Below, piece after piece: positions 44,977 through 46,201 of a stretch of 46,201 nt of DNA (position 1 is its first letter; the number at the start of each line of letters is the position of its first letter). The notes below the pieces were generated by a model. That model was not told the origin of the DNA, ran no database searches, and was given only the letters and a program-made list of their open reading frames with translations. Source of the stretch: Minisyncoccia bacterium (GTDB taxonomy: Bacteria > Patescibacteriota > Minisyncoccia > Phycocordibacterales > UBA1550); the NCBI GenBank assembly GCA_049294435.1, contig JBAQCU010000020.1:79110-125310 (forward strand), in the 5' to 3' direction. Made by a program: the position numbers and the translations under genes.

Positions 44977-46149
44977 ATGCCACGTATTTCTGCAAAAAAT
45001 CCACTTTTCATTCTCGTTTATCTAGCGAGTTTTTTCTATTCTTTCCACTACGCGCTTCCTATTTATATAGAATCGTCGTTCATTAGCCAGTTTCTTTCCA
45101 CTGAAAAAACTATCGGGCTTCTCTTTTCTATTGCGGCTGTGTTTTCTGCGATATTTACTTTCCTTTTTCCACGTATTCTACGAAGGTTTGGCAACTACAA
45201 GGCGACACTCACAGCAATGGGCCTCGAAATTATCGCGCTTCTCATCCTAGCCTTCTTCACCACTCCAGCAATCATCATTCCAGTATTCATTCTCCATCAA
45301 ACTCTCGCATCAGTAATCTTCCTCAACTTCGACAGCTTCGTGGAAGCATTTTCTGTGGACGAAGCAACCGGTGGCATCCGTGGAATTTTTATGACAGTGC
45401 TCAACATTGCGTTTGTAGTTGCGCCGTTCCTTGCTGGGCTCATGCTTACCGACCATGATTTCTGGAAAATATATCTCGCCGGCGCGGTGTTTATGGCGTT
45501 CAGCTTTATCGTCATAGCAGTAAATTTCAAAAACTATGTGAATCCCGCATATGTCATCCCTTCATTTAAGGATACGCTCAGAATAGTTTCAGAAAGTCAC
45601 GACATCCACTCTATTATATACGCGCACTTTTTGCTCGCTCTATTTTACTCATGGATGGTCATCTATATACCGCTCTATCTCAACCAGCATGTTGGAATTT
45701 CAATGAACATTATTCTTGGTGTCATCACGCCAATCGCGCTCCTTCCATTTGTTCTCTTTGAAGTAATCCTCGGCAAAATTGCGGACACGCATCTTGGAGA
45801 AAAAGAAATTCTCACTATTGGCTTCATTATTATGGCGGTCTCTACAATAGGAATTTCGTATGTTACTACCGCAAGCGTAACTATTTGGGCAATACTTCTT
45901 TTCATCACACGCACAGGCGCAAGCATGGTTGAGGTGACTACCGAAAGTTATTTCTTCAAACAAGTAAACGCTGGTGACACGCACCTCATTACATTTATGC
46001 GCACCATGCGTACCATTGCCGGCGCAACAGGCCCCCTTTTGGGATTCATCCTCCTCTCATTTATGGAGTTCCAAAATCTTTTCCTCGTGCTTGGTGTCAT
46101 TCTACTCTCAGCACTCCCCTACGCGCTCACGATAAAAGACACACGGTAG
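44977..46149 (+). CDS. MFS-type transporter
   Basis: 390 aa with about 11-12 hydrophobic helices and a basic loop (PRILRRFGNYK) after TM2. Confidence 0.75.
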   Translation: MPRISAKNPLFILVYLASFFYSFHYALPIYIESSFISQFLSTEKTIGLLFSIAAVFSAIFTFLFPRILRRFGNYKATLTAMGLEIIALLILAFFTTPAIIIPVFILHQTLASVIFLNFDSFVEAFSVDEATGGIRGIFMTVLNIAFVVAPFLAGLMLTDHDFWKIYLAGAVFMAFSFIVIAVNFKNYVNPAYVIPSFKDTLRIVSESHDIHSIIYAHFLLALFYSWMVIYIPLYLNQHVGISMNIILGVITPIALLPFVLFEVILGKIADTHLGEKEILTIGFIIMAVSTIGISYVTTASVTIWAILLFITRTGASMVEVTTESYFFKQVNAGDTHLITFMRTMRTIAGATGPLLGFILLSFMEFQNLFLVLGVILLSALPYALTIKDTR

Positions 46150-46159
46150 CGTCAAAACA

Positions 46160-46201
46160 AAACATAACAATAGTACGCTATAGCGTACTATTGTTATGTT
46201 T
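46160..46201 (+). terminator. Hairpin after the MFS gene (runs to the window edge)
   Basis: aaacataacaatagtacgc tata gcgtactattgttatgttt (19 bp stem). Confidence 0.7.

Noticed and set aside
1-46201. Alternative genetic code (UGA read as Gly or Trp, as in some candidate phyla)
   Set aside because: All conserved genes are intact at expected lengths under the standard code. TGA terminates several well-bounded genes, for example the solute-binding protein at 41403-41405 and the nuclease at 34217-34219.

Overview
This 46.2 kb window is gene-dense. I call 54 protein-coding genes, 2 tRNAs (Thr-UGU, Ser-GGA), no rRNA and no CRISPR array. The standard code applies, since TGA is used as a stop. Most genes are information-processing housekeeping genes: the tail of the ribosomal-protein cluster (infA-rpmJ-rpsM-rpsK), rpsP, rnr, an SMC-like ATPase, rnc, nusB, rpmF, rnhB, dnaE, thrS, gyrB, pheS-pheT, tsf-rpsB, prfA, rpmE, secG and rnj. 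There is also a membrane/stress cluster (response regulator, htpX, DUF805, arrestin-like protein, lemA), a cluster of secreted proteins with an M23 peptidase, two hicBA toxin-antitoxin pairs, one IS200/RAYT-like Y1 transposase, an orphan family-5 solute-binding protein and an MFS transporter. Many proteins are shortened: PheS lacks the coiled coil, ThrRS lacks TGS, the SMC is 747 aa and RF1 is short. Together with the small hypothetical membrane proteins, this suggests a reduced-genome Patescibacteria/CPR-like bacterium, which is an inference only. No classical defence island or prophage is present. The most unusual signals are these. (1) An apparently catalytically intact NlpC/P60 papain-like domain is inserted inside PheRS beta. 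(2) A NusB-Nudix fusion. (3) Cassette insertions are bracketed by diverged duplicates of gene ends: three copies of the htpX 5' end delimit a hicBA cassette and a membrane-protein cassette, and two copies of the prfA 3' end bracket the transposase. (4) A family of covarying inverted-repeat elements has one arm 8-10 nt upstream of start codons. (5) A second family of TTGAC-word palindromic elements has one copy lying in-frame in pheS. (6) A perfect 23-bp-arm palindrome sits inside a nuclease gene. (7) Promoters are placed for leaderless mRNAs. Coordinates of non-ORF features were read by hand and may be off by 1-2 nt.
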